A DNA stretch of 62,695 nucleotides, filler included, from 12 parts of 12 records of this genome joined end to end with filler, not necessarily neighbours in it, one strand, 5' to 3'; shown: positions 1-18,498, numbered from the whole stretch's first letter. Program-made: numbers and translations. Notes: generated from the letters alone by a model not told the origin.

Positions 1-126
1 AAAAAGTTATACGCGGTGGAAACATTGCCCGGATAGTCTATAGTCACTAAGCATTAAAATTTGCGCCTCATAATAGTTGGGCCGATTGTGGCACCGCACA
101 GGCGTAATACTCAGCAGGAGATAACA

Positions 127-333
127 ATGAAAATTTTCCAACGGTACAACCCACTTCAGGTGGCGAAGTACGTAAAGATCCTGTTCCGTGGACGGTTATA
201 CATCAAGGACGTTGGCGCTTTTGAATTCGATAAGGGTAAGATTCTTATCCCAAAAGTGAAGGATAAGCTGCATTTGTCAGTGATGTCCGAAGTTAACCGT
301 CAGGTTATGCGTCTGCAAACAGAGATGGCTTAA
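127..333 (+). CDS. ytfK: YtfK small protein (DUF1107)
   Basis: [17 protein letters not shown], 68 aa; GGAG RBS before ATG127; next to ytfL. Confidence 0.95.
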
Positions 334-335
334 CC

Positions 336-369
336 AAAGTGCTATGCAGTAAAAAGTGCTATGCAGTAA
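336..369. repeat. 17-bp tandem direct repeat AAAGTGCTATGCAGTAA x2
   Basis: Two exact copies at 336-352 and 353-369. Confidence 0.85.
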
Positions 370-373
370 TAAG

Positions 374-396
374 ACGGCTCCTGATTCAGGAGCCGT
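374..396. terminator. Hairpin between convergent ytfK and ytfL, probably a terminator
   Basis: Inverted repeat ACGGCTCCTGA-T-TCAGGAGCCGT. Confidence 0.7.
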
Positions 397-411
397 TGAT
401 GTTTCTGGGGG

Positions 412-1755
412 TTACGCGACGCTTTCTTCTTTATCTTTAGCGTCAGGCAGTTTTGGCGAAAGGGCGGTGGCCTTGCTGTCGATCCGGGTCACCAGCAGCT
501 GGTCGATGCGGTAGTTATCGATATCCACCACTTCAAATTTGTAGCCGGCGAATTTCACCGAATCGGTGCGTTTCGGGATCTTACGCAGCATAAACATCAT
601 AAAGCCGCCGATGGTTTCGTAGTTGCCCGACTGCGGGAACTCGTCAATATCCAGCACGCGCATGACGTCGTCAATTGGGGTGCCGCCGTCAATCAGCCAT
701 GAGTTCTCATCACGGGCGACAATCTGCTCTTCCAGCCCCTGACCGACCAGATCGCCCATCAGCGTGGTCATCACGTCATTGAGGGTGATGATCCCCACCA
801 CCAGCGCGTACTCGTTCATGATCACCGCGAAGTCTTCACCTGCGGTTTTAAAACTTTCCAACGCCTCTGAAAGGGTTAACGTATCCGGCACAATCAGCGT
901 GTTGCGAATTTGTACGCCGCTGTTCAGTGCCAGGCTTTGGTTAGCCAGCACGCGGTTCAGCAGGTCTTTAGAATCGACATAACCGATGATGTGGTCAATA
1001 TCTTCATTACAGACGAGGAACTTAGAGTGCGGATGTTCCGCCACCTTATTCTTCAGGCTTTGCTCATCTTCGTGGAGATCAAACCAAATCACGTTTTCAC
1101 GCGGTGTCATTGAAGACGGAACGGTACGGGATTCCAGCTCAAAGACGTTTTCAATCAGCTCGTGTTCCTGTTTACGTAACACGCCCGCCAGCGCACCGGC
1201 TTCCACTACCGCGTAGATGTCATCAGAAGTGATGTCATCTTTACGTACCATTGGCAGTTTGAAAATACGGAAGATTATGTTCGCCAGGCCGTTGAAGAAC
1301 CACACCAGCGGGGTGCAAACGTACAGGCAGAAGCGCATCGGGTTGATGATACGCAAAGCCACAGCTTCTGGCGCAATCATACCGATGCGTTTCGGGGTTA
1401 AATCCGCAAACAGGATAAACATGCCAGTCACTAACGAGAAAGAGAGAATAAAGCTCAGTTGCTCAGAGAGCTCTGCCGACATATAGCGGGAGAACAGGCT
1501 GTGAAAAGCTGGAGAAAATGCCGCATCACCGACGATACCGCCGAGAATCGCCACTGCGTTCAGACCGATTTGGACCACGGTAAAGAACATGCCGGGATTT
1601 TCCTGCATATTCAGAACGCGTTGGGCATTTATATTGCCTTCATCAGCCAGCAGTTTAAGTTTGATTTTGCGTGAGGCGGCAAGCGAGATCTCGGACATCG
1701 AGAAGAACGCACTTACAGCGATCAAGCAGAGTATGACTAAAATACTGTTTAACAT
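412..1755 (-). CDS. ytfL: HlyC/CorC family membrane protein (DUF21-CBS-CorC), polyamine exporter PaeA/YtfL
   Basis: 447 aa; N-terminal TM helices with FFSMSEISL, CBS pair, CorC tail. Confidence 0.95.
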   Translation of the reverse strand: MLNSILVILCLIAVSAFFSMSEISLAASRKIKLKLLADEGNINAQRVLNMQENPGMFFTVVQIGLNAVAILGGIVGDAAFSPAFHSLFSRYMSAELSEQLSFILSFSLVTGMFILFADLTPKRIGMIAPEAVALRIINPMRFCLYVCTPLVWFFNGLANIIFRIFKLPMVRKDDITSDDIYAVVEAGALAGVLRKQEHELIENVFELESRTVPSSMTPRENVIWFDLHEDEQSLKNKVAEHPHSKFLVCNEDIDHIIGYVDSKDLLNRVLANQSLALNSGVQIRNTLIVPDTLTLSEALESFKTAGEDFAVIMNEYALVVGIITLNDVMTTLMGDLVGQGLEEQIVARDENSWLIDGGTPIDDVMRVLDIDEFPQSGNYETIGGFMMFMLRKIPKRTDSVKFAGYKFEVVDIDNYRIDQLLVTRIDSKATALSPKLPDAKDKEESVA

Positions 1756-1931
1756 ATCTTATCCGACCTTTCAGGCCAGATCCTCGGAAGGGGAAGTTGA
1801 TTAATTTGTGTGAAATACACATTGAAAGCCGATTCGAAGAAAGTGAACCGGCATTTTCAGTGGCTAGTATAGCGTAAGGTACTGTAAAGCCGCCAGAGGG
1901 TTAAAATTCAGACAGCTGAAAAATGCAAAAC

Positions 1932-2031
1932 TGCCTGATACGCTATGCCGATCAGGCCTACGCAGTCCTTGCAATATATTGAATTTGGACGATTTTGTAG
2001 GCCTGGTAAGTCGTTTACGCCGCATCAGGCA
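1932..2031. repeat. REP pair (BIME) with central IHF-like site
   Basis: TGCCTGA...TCAGGCCTAC and GTAGGCCTG...GCATCAGGCA flanking CAATATATTGAATTT. Confidence 0.85.
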
Positions 2032-2077
2032 TAGACAAAGAGCACTTTATCAACAAACTACATTTGTACCCGTAACG

Positions 2078-2716
2078 CTATGCTTCCGGCGGCAGACAGA
2101 CGCCAATTCCGCCAATTCCACAGTAACCATACGGGTTTTTATGCAGATATTGCTGGTGGTCATCTTCGGCATAATAAAACGGTGTGGCGTTAGCGATTTC
2201 CGTGGTGATGTGACGATCGTCATCGGCGGCAAGCATCGCCGCCTGAAAACGTTCCAGACTGGCGCGAGCTGCGGCATCCTGTTCTGGGGTCAGCGGATAA
2301 ATCGCTGAACGATACTGCGTGCCGTGGTCATTGCCCTGACGCATTCCCTGGGCGGGATCGTGATTCTCCCAAAATACCTGTAGCAACTGCTCATAGCTGA
2401 TGACGGAAGGATCGTAAACAATGCGTACCGCTTCGGCATGACCCGTATCACCGGAGCACACTTCCCGATAAGTCGGATTTGGCGTATAGCCGCCGGTATA
2501 GCCTGCGGCGGTGCTGTAAACGCCGGGTAACTGCCAGAACAGACGCTCCACACCCCAGAAACAACCCATCGCAAAAATGGCAATCTCCATTCCGTCAGGT
2601 ACATTGGTCATTGAGTGACCGTTGACCGCATGCAGCGTGGCTACGGGCATCGGGGTGTTACGTCCAGGCAGGGCATCGGCGGGGGAAACCAGATGCTTTT
2701 TATCAAATAAACTCAT
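2078..2716 (-). CDS. msrA: Peptide methionine sulfoxide reductase A
   Basis: GCFWG motif; start set at MSLFDKK (212 aa). Confidence 0.97.
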
Positions 2717-2879
2717 GGTGTCGCTCTCCCGAAAATCGGTCATTGGGGTTAAGGTTGTAACAAGAGGCGTATTTGCACACAATAACCACCGTGAATAGGT
2801 CTAAAGTAAAACATAAGAAATATTTGGGGTTTAGTCTGCTTTTTAATCCATATTACTGGATTTTTGTTAAGCCGTTTAA

Positions 2880-8431
<5,552 letters not shown>

Positions 8432-8433
8432 CA

Positions 8434-8775
8434 ATGCGAATATTTGTCTACGGCAGTTTACGCCACAAACAAGGCAACAGTCACTGGATGACCAATGCCC
8501 AGTTACTGGGCGATTTCAGTATCGATAACTACCAGTTGTATAGCCTGGGCCACTATCCAGGCGCAGTTCCGGGGAACGGAACGGTACACGGTGAAGTTTA
8601 TCGTATTGACAACGCCACGCTGGCCGAACTTGATGCCTTGCGCACCAGGGGCGGTGAATACGCGCGCCAGTTGATTCAGACGCCGTACGGGAGTGCATGG
8701 ATGTACGTTTATCAACGACCCGTCGATGGATTAAAGCTAATTGAAAGCGGCGACTGGTTAGACAGGGATAAGTAA
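8434..8775 (+). CDS. ytfP: Gamma-glutamylcyclotransferase family protein
   Basis: FVYGSL motif; 113 aa; follows tamB. Confidence 0.95.
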   Translation: MRIFVYGSLRHKQGNSHWMTNAQLLGDFSIDNYQLYSLGHYPGAVPGNGTVHGEVYRIDNATLAELDALRTRGGEYARQLIQTPYGSAWMYVYQRPVDGLKLIESGDWLDRDK

Positions 8776-8785
8776 CCATATGCAT

Positions 8786-8813
8786 ACGCCACCTTCGGGT
8801 GGCGTTGTTTTTT
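8786..8813 (+). terminator. Rho-independent terminator after ytfP
   Basis: ACGCCACC-TTCG-GGTGGCGT followed by a T tract. Confidence 0.85.
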
Positions 8814-8954
8814 GCGAGACGACTCGCATTCTGTTTTGTAATTCCCTCACCTTTTGCTTTTCTCTCCGAGCCGCTTTCCATATCTATTAACGCATAAAAA
8901 ACTCTGCTGGCATTCACAAATGCGCAGGGGTAAAACGTTTCCTGTAGCACCGTG

Positions 8955-8973
8955 AGTTATACTTTGTATAACT
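8955..8973. promoter_or_regulatory. Palindrome before chpS, probable toxin-antitoxin autorepression operator
   Basis: AGTTATAC-TTT-GTATAACT just upstream of the AGGAGG RBS. Confidence 0.6.
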
Positions 8974-8986
8974 TAAGGAGGTGCAG

Positions 8987-9238
8987 ATGCGTATTACCAT
9001 AAAAAGATGGGGGAACAGTGCAGGTATGGTCATTCCCAATATCGTAATGAAAGAACTTAACTTACAGCCGGGGCAGAGCGTGGAGGCGCAAGTGAGCAAC
9101 AATCAACTGATTCTGACACCCATCTCCAGGCGCTACTCGCTTGATGAACTGCTGGCACAGTGTGACATGAACGCCGCGGAACTTAGCGAGCAGGATGTCT
9201 GGGGTAAATCCACCCCTGCGGGTGACGAAATATGGTAA
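8987..9238 (+). CDS. chpS: MazE-family antitoxin ChpS
   Basis: KRWGNSAG AbrB-type motif; overlaps the toxin gene. Confidence 0.95.
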   Translation: MRITIKRWGNSAGMVIPNIVMKELNLQPGQSVEAQVSNNQLILTPISRRYSLDELLAQCDMNAAELSEQDVWGKSTPAGDEIW

Positions 9239-9582
9239 AGAAAAGTGAATTTGAACGGGGAGACATTGTGCTGGTTGGCTTTGATCCAGCAAGCGGCCAT
9301 GAACAGCAAGGTGCTGGTCGACCTGCGCTTGTGCTCTCCGTTCAAGCCTTTAATCAACTGGGAATGACGCTGGTGGCCCCCATTACGCAGGGCGGAAATT
9401 TTGCCCGTTATGCCGGATTTAGCGTTCCTTTACATTGCGAAGAAGGCGATGTGCACGGCGTGGTGCTGGTGAATCAGGTGCGGATGATGGATCTACACGC
9501 CCGGCTGGCAAAGCGTATTGGTCTGGCTGCGGATGAGGTGGTGGAAGAGGCGTTATTACGCTTGCAGGCGGTGGTGGAATAA
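9232..9582 (+). CDS. chpB: MazF/PemK-family endoribonuclease toxin ChpB
   Basis: RGDI..FDP..GHEQ..RPALVLS motif; 116 aa. Confidence 0.96.
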   Translation: MVKKSEFERGDIVLVGFDPASGHEQQGAGRPALVLSVQAFNQLGMTLVAPITQGGNFARYAGFSVPLHCEEGDVHGVVLVNQVRMMDLHARLAKRIGLAADEVVEEALLRLQAVVE

Positions 9583-9661
9583 GGTGTGTTTATTTATCGC
9601 GGGCATAAAAAAACCCTTACTAACCGAAGCCCGGCGTTCAGGGTTATTACGCCAGAAGAAC

Positions 9662-10192
9662 TTATTTATTCTTTGCGCGCTCGAAGGAGGCAACGATTTC
9701 AGCTTTAGCGGCTTCTGCGTTTTCCCAACCTTCAACTTTCACCCACTTGCCTTTTTCGAGGTCTTTGTAGTGCTCGAAGAAGTGAGCGATTTGCGCTTTC
9801 AGCAGTTCAGGCAGATCGTTAACGTCTTTAATGTGATCGTATTCTTTGCTCAGCTTGCTGTGCGGAACCGCAACCAGTTTCGCATCTTCACCGGCTTCGT
9901 CGGTCATTTTCAGAACGCCAACCGGACGGCAACGGATCACAGAACCCGGCTGCAGCGGGTACGGAGTTGGGACCAGTACGTCAACCGGGTCACCGTCCAG
10001 AGACAGGGTGTGGTTGATGTAACCGTAGTTGCATGGATAGAACATCGCGGTGGACATGAAGCGGTCAACGAACAGTGCGCCGCTCTCTTTGTCGATTTCG
10101 TATTTGATCGGATCTGCGTTAGCCGGGATCTCAATAACAACGTAGATGTCTTCCGGCAGATCTTTACCCGCAGGGACGTTGAGTAAGCTCAT
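9662..10192 (-). CDS. ppa: Inorganic pyrophosphatase
   Basis: DGDPVDV motif; 176 aa. Confidence 0.98.
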   Translation of the reverse strand: MSLLNVPAGKDLPEDIYVVIEIPANADPIKYEIDKESGALFVDRFMSTAMFYPCNYGYINHTLSLDGDPVDVLVPTPYPLQPGSVIRCRPVGVLKMTDEAGEDAKLVAVPHSKLSKEYDHIKDVNDLPELLKAQIAHFFEHYKDLEKGKWVKVEGWENAEAAKAEIVASFERAKNK

Positions 10193-10501
10193 GTCTGTTT
10201 CCTTTAAAAATATGTGGCAAACAAGTGCCGAGTATTATAGCCAACTCGCGCCGAATGTCTTCGCTTGTTTTCGTCTTCATTTTCCTTTTTCACCAGTTTT
10301 AAGACGGTATACAGAGCAGGAAAATCCATAACCGTAGCCGCATTTTTCATAGTGAGATGAAAGCGATTACAAACTTGTGATTAACGTTTTATTTACTTTT
10401 TTGAAGTGTGATGTAACGCAATCTGTTACATAACGAATTGTCTATAGTTTTTTCGCGAACATCTTTTAACCAATAATAACTACCCCGACGAGGACAACCC
10501 T

Positions 10502-11458
10502 ATGTGGAAACGCTTACTTATAGTCTCTGCAGTCTCGGCAGCCATGTCGTCTATGGCGTTGGCCGCTCCATTAACCGTTGGATTTTCGCAGGTCGGATCG
10601 GAATCAGGCTGGCGTGCCGCAGAAACCAATGTGGCGAAAAGTGAAGCCGAAAAGCGCGGAATCACGTTGAAAATTGCCGATGGTCAGCAAAAGCAGGAAA
10701 ACCAGATTAAAGCGGTACGTTCCTTCGTTGCACAAGGGGTGGATGCGATCTTTATCGCTCCGGTGGTCGCGACAGGTTGGGAACCGGTATTAAAAGAGGC
10801 GAAAGATGCCGAAATCCCGGTATTCTTGCTCGATCGTTCCATTGATGTGAAAGACAAATCTCTCTATATGACCACCGTCACTGCCGACAACATCCTCGAA
10901 GGCAAGTTGATTGGTGACTGGCTGGTAAAAGAAGTGAATGGCAAACCATGCAACGTGGTGGAGCTGCAGGGCACCGTTGGGGCCAGCGTCGCCATTGACC
11001 GTAAGAAAGGCTTTGCCGAAGCCATTAAGAATGCGCCAAATATCAAAATCATCCGCTCGCAGTCAGGTGACTTCACCCGCAGTAAAGGCAAAGAAGTCAT
11101 GGAGAGCTTTATCAAAGCGGAAAACAACGGCAAAAACATCTGCATGGTTTACGCCCATAACGACGACATGGTGATTGGTGCAATTCAGGCAATTAAAGAA
11201 GCGGGCCTGAAACCGGGCAAAGATATCCTCACGGGTTCCATTGACGGTGTACCGGACATCTACAAAGCGATGATGGATGGCGAAGCGAACGCCAGTGTTG
11301 AACTGACGCCGAATATGGCAGGTCCCGCCTTCGACGCGCTGGAGAAATACAAAAAAGACGGCACCATGCCTGAAAAGCTGACGTTAACCAAATCCACCCT
11401 TTACCTGCCTGATACCGCAAAAGAAGAATTAGAGAAGAAGAAAAATATGGGGTATTGA
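10502..11458 (+). CDS. ytfQ: Galactofuranose ABC transporter periplasmic binding protein
   Basis: Signal peptide; sugar-binding HNDDM motif; next to ppa. Confidence 0.95.
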   Translation: MWKRLLIVSAVSAAMSSMALAAPLTVGFSQVGSESGWRAAETNVAKSEAEKRGITLKIADGQQKQENQIKAVRSFVAQGVDAIFIAPVVATGWEPVLKEAKDAEIPVFLLDRSIDVKDKSLYMTTVTADNILEGKLIGDWLVKEVNGKPCNVVELQGTVGASVAIDRKKGFAEAIKNAPNIKIIRSQSGDFTRSKGKEVMESFIKAENNGKNICMVYAHNDDMVIGAIQAIKEAGLKPGKDILTGSIDGVPDIYKAMMDGEANASVELTPNMAGPAFDALEKYKKDGTMPEKLTLTKSTLYLPDTAKEELEKKKNMGY

Positions 11459-11467
11459 GGGTTGCTA

Positions 11468-11512
11468 TGCCTGATGCCGATTCGTAGGCCGGATAAGGCG
11501 CTCGCGCCGCAT
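11468..11512. repeat. REP element, cut by contig end
   Basis: GTAGGCCGGATAAGGCGCTCGCGCCGCAT. Confidence 0.85.
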
Positions 11513-11612
11513 NNNNNNNNNNNNNNNNNNNNNNNNNNNNNNNNNNNNNNNNNNNNTTAATTAATTAANNNNNNNNNNNNNNNNNNNNNNNNNNNNNNNN
11601 NNNNNNNNNNNN
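11513..11612. other. Artificial contig spacer 1
   Basis: N44-TTAATTAATTAA-N44. Confidence 0.99.
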
Positions 11613-11745
<133 letters not shown>

Positions 11746-11763
11746 TCTCGATTGATATCGAAC

Positions 11764-11786
11764 AAAGGGCCTGCGGGCCCTTTTTT
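11764..11786 (+). terminator. ompC rho-independent terminator
   Basis: AAAGGGCC-TGCG-GGCCCTTTTTT. Confidence 0.9.
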
Positions 11787-11856
11787 CATTGTTTTCAGCG
11801 TACAAACTCAGTTTTTTGGTGTACTCTTGCGACCGTTCGCATGAGGATAATCACGT

Positions 11857-12912
11857 ATGGAAATAAGCTTTACCCGCGTGGCACTGCTGGCTGCCGCGCT
11901 CTTCTTTGTTGGTTGCGATCAAAAACCACAACCCGCCAAAACCCACGCTACTGAAGTTACCGTTCTTGAAGGCAAAACTATGGGTACCTTCTGGCGTGCC
12001 AGCATCCCGGGCATTGACGCCAAACGCAGCGCCGAACTTAAAGAAAAGATTCAGACCCAACTGGACGCCGACGATCAGCTGCTTTCGACCTATAAAAAAG
12101 ATTCCGCGCTGATGCGCTTTAACGACTCGCAAAGTTTATCGCCGTGGCCGGTAAGTGAAGCGATGGCCGATATCGTCACCACCTCGCTGCGCATTGGCGC
12201 GAAGACCGATGGCGCGATGGATATAACCGTCGGGCCGCTGGTGAATCTGTGGGGCTTTGGCCCGGAACAACAGCCGGTTCAAATTCCGAGCCAGGAACAG
12301 ATCGATGCGATGAAAGCCAAAACCGGCTTACAGCACCTGACGGTCATCAATCAGTCGCATCAGCAATATCTGCAAAAAGACCTGCCGGATTTATATGTCG
12401 ATCTCTCCACCGTCGGCGAAGGCTATGCGGCCGATCATTTGGCACGCTTGATGGAGCAGGAAGGGATTTCCCGCTATCTGGTGTCGGTGGGCGGCGCGCT
12501 GAACAGCCGTGGTATGAACGGTGAAGGCCTGCCGTGGCGGGTAGCGATTCAAAAACCAACCGATAAAGAAAACGCGGTTCAGGCTGTGGTGGATATCAAC
12601 GGTCATGGGATTAGCACCTCTGGCAGCTACCGTAACTATTACGAACTGGACGGCAAACGTCTTTCCCATGTTATCGATCCGCAAACCGGGCGTCCCATCG
12701 AACACAATCTGGTATCCGTGACGGTGATTGCTCCGACGGCGCTGGAAGCCGATGCCTGGGATACTGGCTTGATGGTACTCGGGCCGGAGAAAGCTAAAGA
12801 GGTTGTTCGCCGGGAAGGGCTGGCGGTTTATATGATCACCAAAGAAGGCGATAGCTTTAAAACCTGGATGTCACCACAGTTTAAAAGCTTCCTTGTCAGC
12901 GAAAAAAATTAA
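11857..12912 (+). CDS. apbE: FAD:protein FMN transferase lipoprotein (ApbE/Ftp)
   Basis: Lipobox FVGC; TMGT, STSG and SHVIDP motifs. Confidence 0.96.
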   Translation: MEISFTRVALLAAALFFVGCDQKPQPAKTHATEVTVLEGKTMGTFWRASIPGIDAKRSAELKEKIQTQLDADDQLLSTYKKDSALMRFNDSQSLSPWPVSEAMADIVTTSLRIGAKTDGAMDITVGPLVNLWGFGPEQQPVQIPSQEQIDAMKAKTGLQHLTVINQSHQQYLQKDLPDLYVDLSTVGEGYAADHLARLMEQEGISRYLVSVGGALNSRGMNGEGLPWRVAIQKPTDKENAVQAVVDINGHGISTSGSYRNYYELDGKRLSHVIDPQTGRPIEHNLVSVTVIAPTALEADAWDTGLMVLGPEKAKEVVRREGLAVYMITKEGDSFKTWMSPQFKSFLVSEKN

Positions 12913-12918
12913 AGCGCA
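12911..12918 (+). promoter_or_regulatory. Ada box
   Basis: AAAGCGCA upstream of ada. Confidence 0.8.
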
Positions 12919-12985
12919 AGATTGTTGGTTTTTGCGTGATGGTGACCGGGCAGCCTAAAGGCTATCCTTAACCAGGGAGCTGATT

Positions 12986-14050
12986 ATGAAAAAAGCCACA
13001 TGCTTAACTGACGATCAACGCTGGCAATCTGTCTTAGCCCGCGACCCGAATGCCGACGGCGAATTCGTTTTCGCCGTGCGTACCACAGGCATCTTTTGCC
13101 GTCCGTCTTGCCGCGCCAGACATGCTTTGCGGGAAAACGTCTCCTTCTACGCAAATGCCAGCGAGGCACTCGCCGCTGGCTTTCGCCCCTGCAAACGTTG
13201 TCAGCCAGAAAAAGCCAATGCCCAGCAACATCGGTTGGATAAAATCACCCACGCGTGTCGACTGCTGGAACAGGAAACGCCTGTAACGCTGGAAGCCTTA
13301 GCCGACCAGGTGGCGATGAGTCCATTTCATCTACATCGGTTGTTTAAAGCGACTACCGGAATGACGCCTAAAGCCTGGCAACAGGCCTGGCGCGCTCGCC
13401 GTTTGCGCGAATCGCTGGCGAAAGGGGAGAGCGTGACGACGTCTATTCTTAACGCCGGATTCCCCGACAGCAGCAGTTACTATCGCAAAGCTGACGAAAC
13501 GCTGGGCATGACGGCTAAACAATTCCGTCACGGTGGCGAAAATCTGGCGGTGCGTTACGCGCTGGCTGATTGTGAGCTGGGTCGTTGCCTGGTGGCAGAA
13601 AGCGAGCGGGGGATTTGCGCGATATTGCTGGGCGATGATGACGCGACACTAATCAGCGAGTTGCAGCAGATGTTTCCCGCTGCCGACAACGCGCCTGCCG
13701 ATCTGATGTTTCAGCAACATGTGCGTGAAGTGATCGCCAGCCTCAATCAACGCGATACGCCGCTGACGTTACCGCTGGACATTCGCGGCACTGCTTTTCA
13801 GCAACAAGTCTGGCAGGCACTGCGCACGATACCTTGCGGTGAAACCGTCAGTTATCAGCAACTGGCTAACGCCATCGGCAAACCGAAAGCGGTACGGGCC
13901 GTTGCCAGCGCCTGTGCCGCCAACAAGCTGGCTATCATAATACCCTGTCATCGGGTGGTCCGTGGTGATGGCACACTTTCCGGTTACCGCTGGGGCGTGT
14001 CGCGTAAAGCGCAACTGCTGCGCCGCGAAGCTGAAAATGAGGAGAGGTAA
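12986..14050 (+). CDS. ada: Ada bifunctional regulator / O6-methylguanine-DNA methyltransferase
   Basis: FCRPSC and RPCKRC zinc site, AraC HTH, PCHRV. Confidence 0.98.
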   Translation: MKKATCLTDDQRWQSVLARDPNADGEFVFAVRTTGIFCRPSCRARHALRENVSFYANASEALAAGFRPCKRCQPEKANAQQHRLDKITHACRLLEQETPVTLEALADQVAMSPFHLHRLFKATTGMTPKAWQQAWRARRLRESLAKGESVTTSILNAGFPDSSSYYRKADETLGMTAKQFRHGGENLAVRYALADCELGRCLVAESERGICAILLGDDDATLISELQQMFPAADNAPADLMFQQHVREVIASLNQRDTPLTLPLDIRGTAFQQQVWQALRTIPCGETVSYQQLANAIGKPKAVRAVASACAANKLAIIIPCHRVVRGDGTLSGYRWGVSRKAQLLRREAENEER

Positions 14051-14700
14051 TGTTGGATCTGTTTGCCGATGCTGAACCGTGGCAAGAGCCACTGGCGGCT
14101 GGTGCGGTAATTTTACGGCGTTTTGCTTTTAACGCTGCGGAGCAACTGATCCGCGATATTAATGACGTTGCCAGCCAGTCGCCGTTTCGCCAGATGGTCA
14201 CCCCCGGGGGATATACCATGTCGGTGGCGATGACCAACTGTGGGCATCTGGGCTGGACGACCCATCGGCAAGGTTATCTCTATTCGCCCATTGATCCGCA
14301 AACAAATAAACCGTGGCCCGCCATGCCACAGAGTTTTCATAATTTATGTCAACGTGCGGCTACGGCGGCGGGCTATCCAGATTTCCAGCCAGATGCTTGT
14401 CTTATCAACCGCTACGCTCCTGGCGCGAAACTGTCGCTGCATCAGGATAAAGACGAACCGGATCTGCGCGCGCCAATTGTTTCTGTTTCTCTGGGCTTAC
14501 CCGCGATTTTTCAATTTGGCGGCCTGAAACGAAATGATCCGCTCAAACGTTTGTTGTTGGAACATGGCGATGTGGTGGTATGGGGCGGTGAATCGCGGCT
14601 GTTTTATCACGGTATTCAACCGTTGAAAGCGGGGTTTCATCCACTCACCATCGACTGCCGCTACAACCTGACATTCCGTCAGGCAGGTAAAAAAGAATAA
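14050..14700 (+). CDS. alkB: AlkB Fe/2-oxoglutarate DNA/RNA demethylase
   Basis: HQD..H..RYNLTFR; coupled to ada. Confidence 0.98.
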   Translation: MLDLFADAEPWQEPLAAGAVILRRFAFNAAEQLIRDINDVASQSPFRQMVTPGGYTMSVAMTNCGHLGWTTHRQGYLYSPIDPQTNKPWPAMPQSFHNLCQRAATAAGYPDFQPDACLINRYAPGAKLSLHQDKDEPDLRAPIVSVSLGLPAIFQFGGLKRNDPLKRLLLEHGDVVVWGGESRLFYHGIQPLKAGFHPLTIDCRYNLTFRQAGKKE

Positions 14701-14775
14701 AAATAAGAATTATTATTGCTGTGCGCGCGAAGATGTTTAAACTGCGGGCTGTAATTCATTGTCCGGGTTTTCTGC

Positions 14776-16419
14776 ATGGAACTTCTTGTACTTGTCTGGC
14801 GGCAGTATCGCTGGCCATTTATCAGTGTGATGGCGCTAAGCCTCGCCAGTGCGGCATTAGGCATTGGCTTAATTGCTTTTATCAATCAGCGCCTTATCGA
14901 AACGGCGGATACCAGTCTGCTGGTGTTGCCGGAGTTTCTGGGATTATTGCTGCTGTTGATGGCAGTCACTCTCGGATCGCAACTGGCGCTCACCACTTTG
15001 GGGCATCACTTCGTTTACCGACTGCGTAGTGAATTTATCAAGCGGATTCTGGATACTCACGTCGAGCGCATTGAACAACTCGGTAGCGCCTCGTTGCTGG
15101 CGGGGTTAACCAGCGATGTGCGCAATATCACCATTGCTTTTGTGCGTCTGCCGGAACTGGTGCAGGGGATCATTCTCACTATCGGTTCAGCGGCGTATCT
15201 GTGGATGCTGTCGGGCAAAATGTTGCTGGTAACGGCTATCTGGATGGCGATCACCATCTGGGGCGGTTTTGTGCTGGTGGCGCGGGTGTACAAACATATG
15301 GCGACCCTGCGTGAAACCGAAGACAAGCTGTACACGGATTTTCAAACTGTACTTGAAGGGCGCAAAGAGCTGACTCTGAACCGGGAACGCGCCGAGTATG
15401 TGTTTAACAACCTCTACATTCCTGATGCGCAAGAGTATCGCCACCATATTATTCGCGCAGACACCTTCCATCTTAGTGCCGTGAACTGGTCAAACATCAT
15501 GATGCTGGGCGCAATCGGCCTGGTGTTCTGGATGGCGAACAGCCTCGGTTGGGCTGATACCAACGTTGCCGCGACCTATTCGTTGACGCTTTTATTCCTG
15601 CGTACGCCGCTGCTTTCGGCGGTTGGCGCATTGCCGACGCTGCTGACGGCGCAGGTGGCGTTTAACAAGCTGAACAAATTCGCGCTCGCGCCTTTCAAAG
15701 CAGAGTTTCCGCGCCCGCAGGCGTTTCCCAACTGGCAAACGCTGGAGCTGCGTAACGTGACGTTTGCTTATCAGGATAACGCGTTTTCCGTTGGTCCGAT
15801 TAATCTCACCATCAAACGTGGCGAGCTGCTGTTTCTGATTGGCGGCAACGGTAGCGGAAAATCGACGCTGGCGATGTTGTTGACGGGCTTGTATCAGCCA
15901 CAAAGCGGCGAAATCTTGCTGGATGGCAAACCTGTCAGCGGCGAACAACCGGAAGATTATCGCAAACTGTTTTCGGCAGTGTTTACCGATGTCTGGCTGT
16001 TTGATCAACTGCTGGGGCCGGAGGGTAAACCCGCTAACCCGCAACTGGTTGAGAAGTGGCTGGCGCAGCTGAAAATGGCTCATAAGCTTGAGTTAAGCAA
16101 CGGGCGTATTGTTAACCTGAAGTTATCAAAAGGGCAGAAAAAACGCGTGGCGCTGTTGCTGGCGCTGGCAGAAGAACGCGATATTATCCTGCTGGATGAA
16201 TGGGCGGCGGATCAGGATCCACACTTCCGTCGTGAGTTTTATCAGGTGTTGCTGCCGCTGATGCAGGAGATGGGTAAAACTATTTTCGCTATCAGTCATG
16301 ATGATCATTACTTTATCCACGCCGACCGCCTGCTGGAAATGCGCAATGGGCAACTTAGCGAGCTGACGGGCGAAGAGCGCGATGCCGCTTCGCGTGATGC
16401 CGTTGCCCGGACGGCATAA
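14776..16419 (+). CDS. yojI: ABC exporter YojI (fused TMD-NBD)
   Basis: [26 protein letters not shown]. Confidence 0.96.
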
Positions 16420-16624
16420 TATTACGACGCTGACCTGGCGGACTGCTGCCGTCAGGTCAATATGCTAAAAATCCCTTCATTTCTAATAACCCTATAATTA
16501 ATCAACGAAATTATAATGTTTCTAAAATTAGAATATAATTTATAAACATTATTTAAATGTTGTTACTTAAGTGTTACCGTTGATGCCGCGCAAATCTCAC
16601 CTGCAATAAAGCGACTAAAAGTAA

Positions 16625-18283
<1,659 letters not shown>

Positions 18284-18286
18284 TGA

Positions 18287-18355
18287 TACGCCACATCCGG
18301 CATGGTATGCCGGATGTGGCGTATGCTGATAAGACGCGCCAGCGTCGCATCAGGC
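18287..18355. repeat. Long hairpin plus REP-like element at contig end
   Basis: TACGCCACATCCGGCAT..ATGCCGGATGTGGCGTA then GCTGATAAGACGCGCCAGCGTCGCATCAGGC. Confidence 0.8.
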
Positions 18356-18455
18356 NNNNNNNNNNNNNNNNNNNNNNNNNNNNNNNNNNNNNNNNNNNNT
18401 TAATTAATTAANNNNNNNNNNNNNNNNNNNNNNNNNNNNNNNNNNNNNNNNNNNN
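18356..18455. other. Artificial contig spacer 2
   Basis: N44-TTAATTAATTAA-N44. Confidence 0.99.
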
Positions 18456-18463
18456 GTGCTTTT

Positions 18464-18498
18464 GTAGGCCGGATAAGGCGTTCACTCCGCATCCGGCA
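18464..18498. repeat. REP element
   Basis: GTAGGCCGGATAAGGCGTTCACTCCGCATCCGGCA. Confidence 0.9.

Noticed and set aside
8987-9582. chpS-chpB as a novel toxin-antitoxin or defence system
   Set aside because: Well-characterised chromosomal MazEF paralog.
11557-11568. Recurring TTAATTAATTAA as a biological repeat or CRISPR
   Set aside because: Always centred in N runs; it is a six-frame stop linker.
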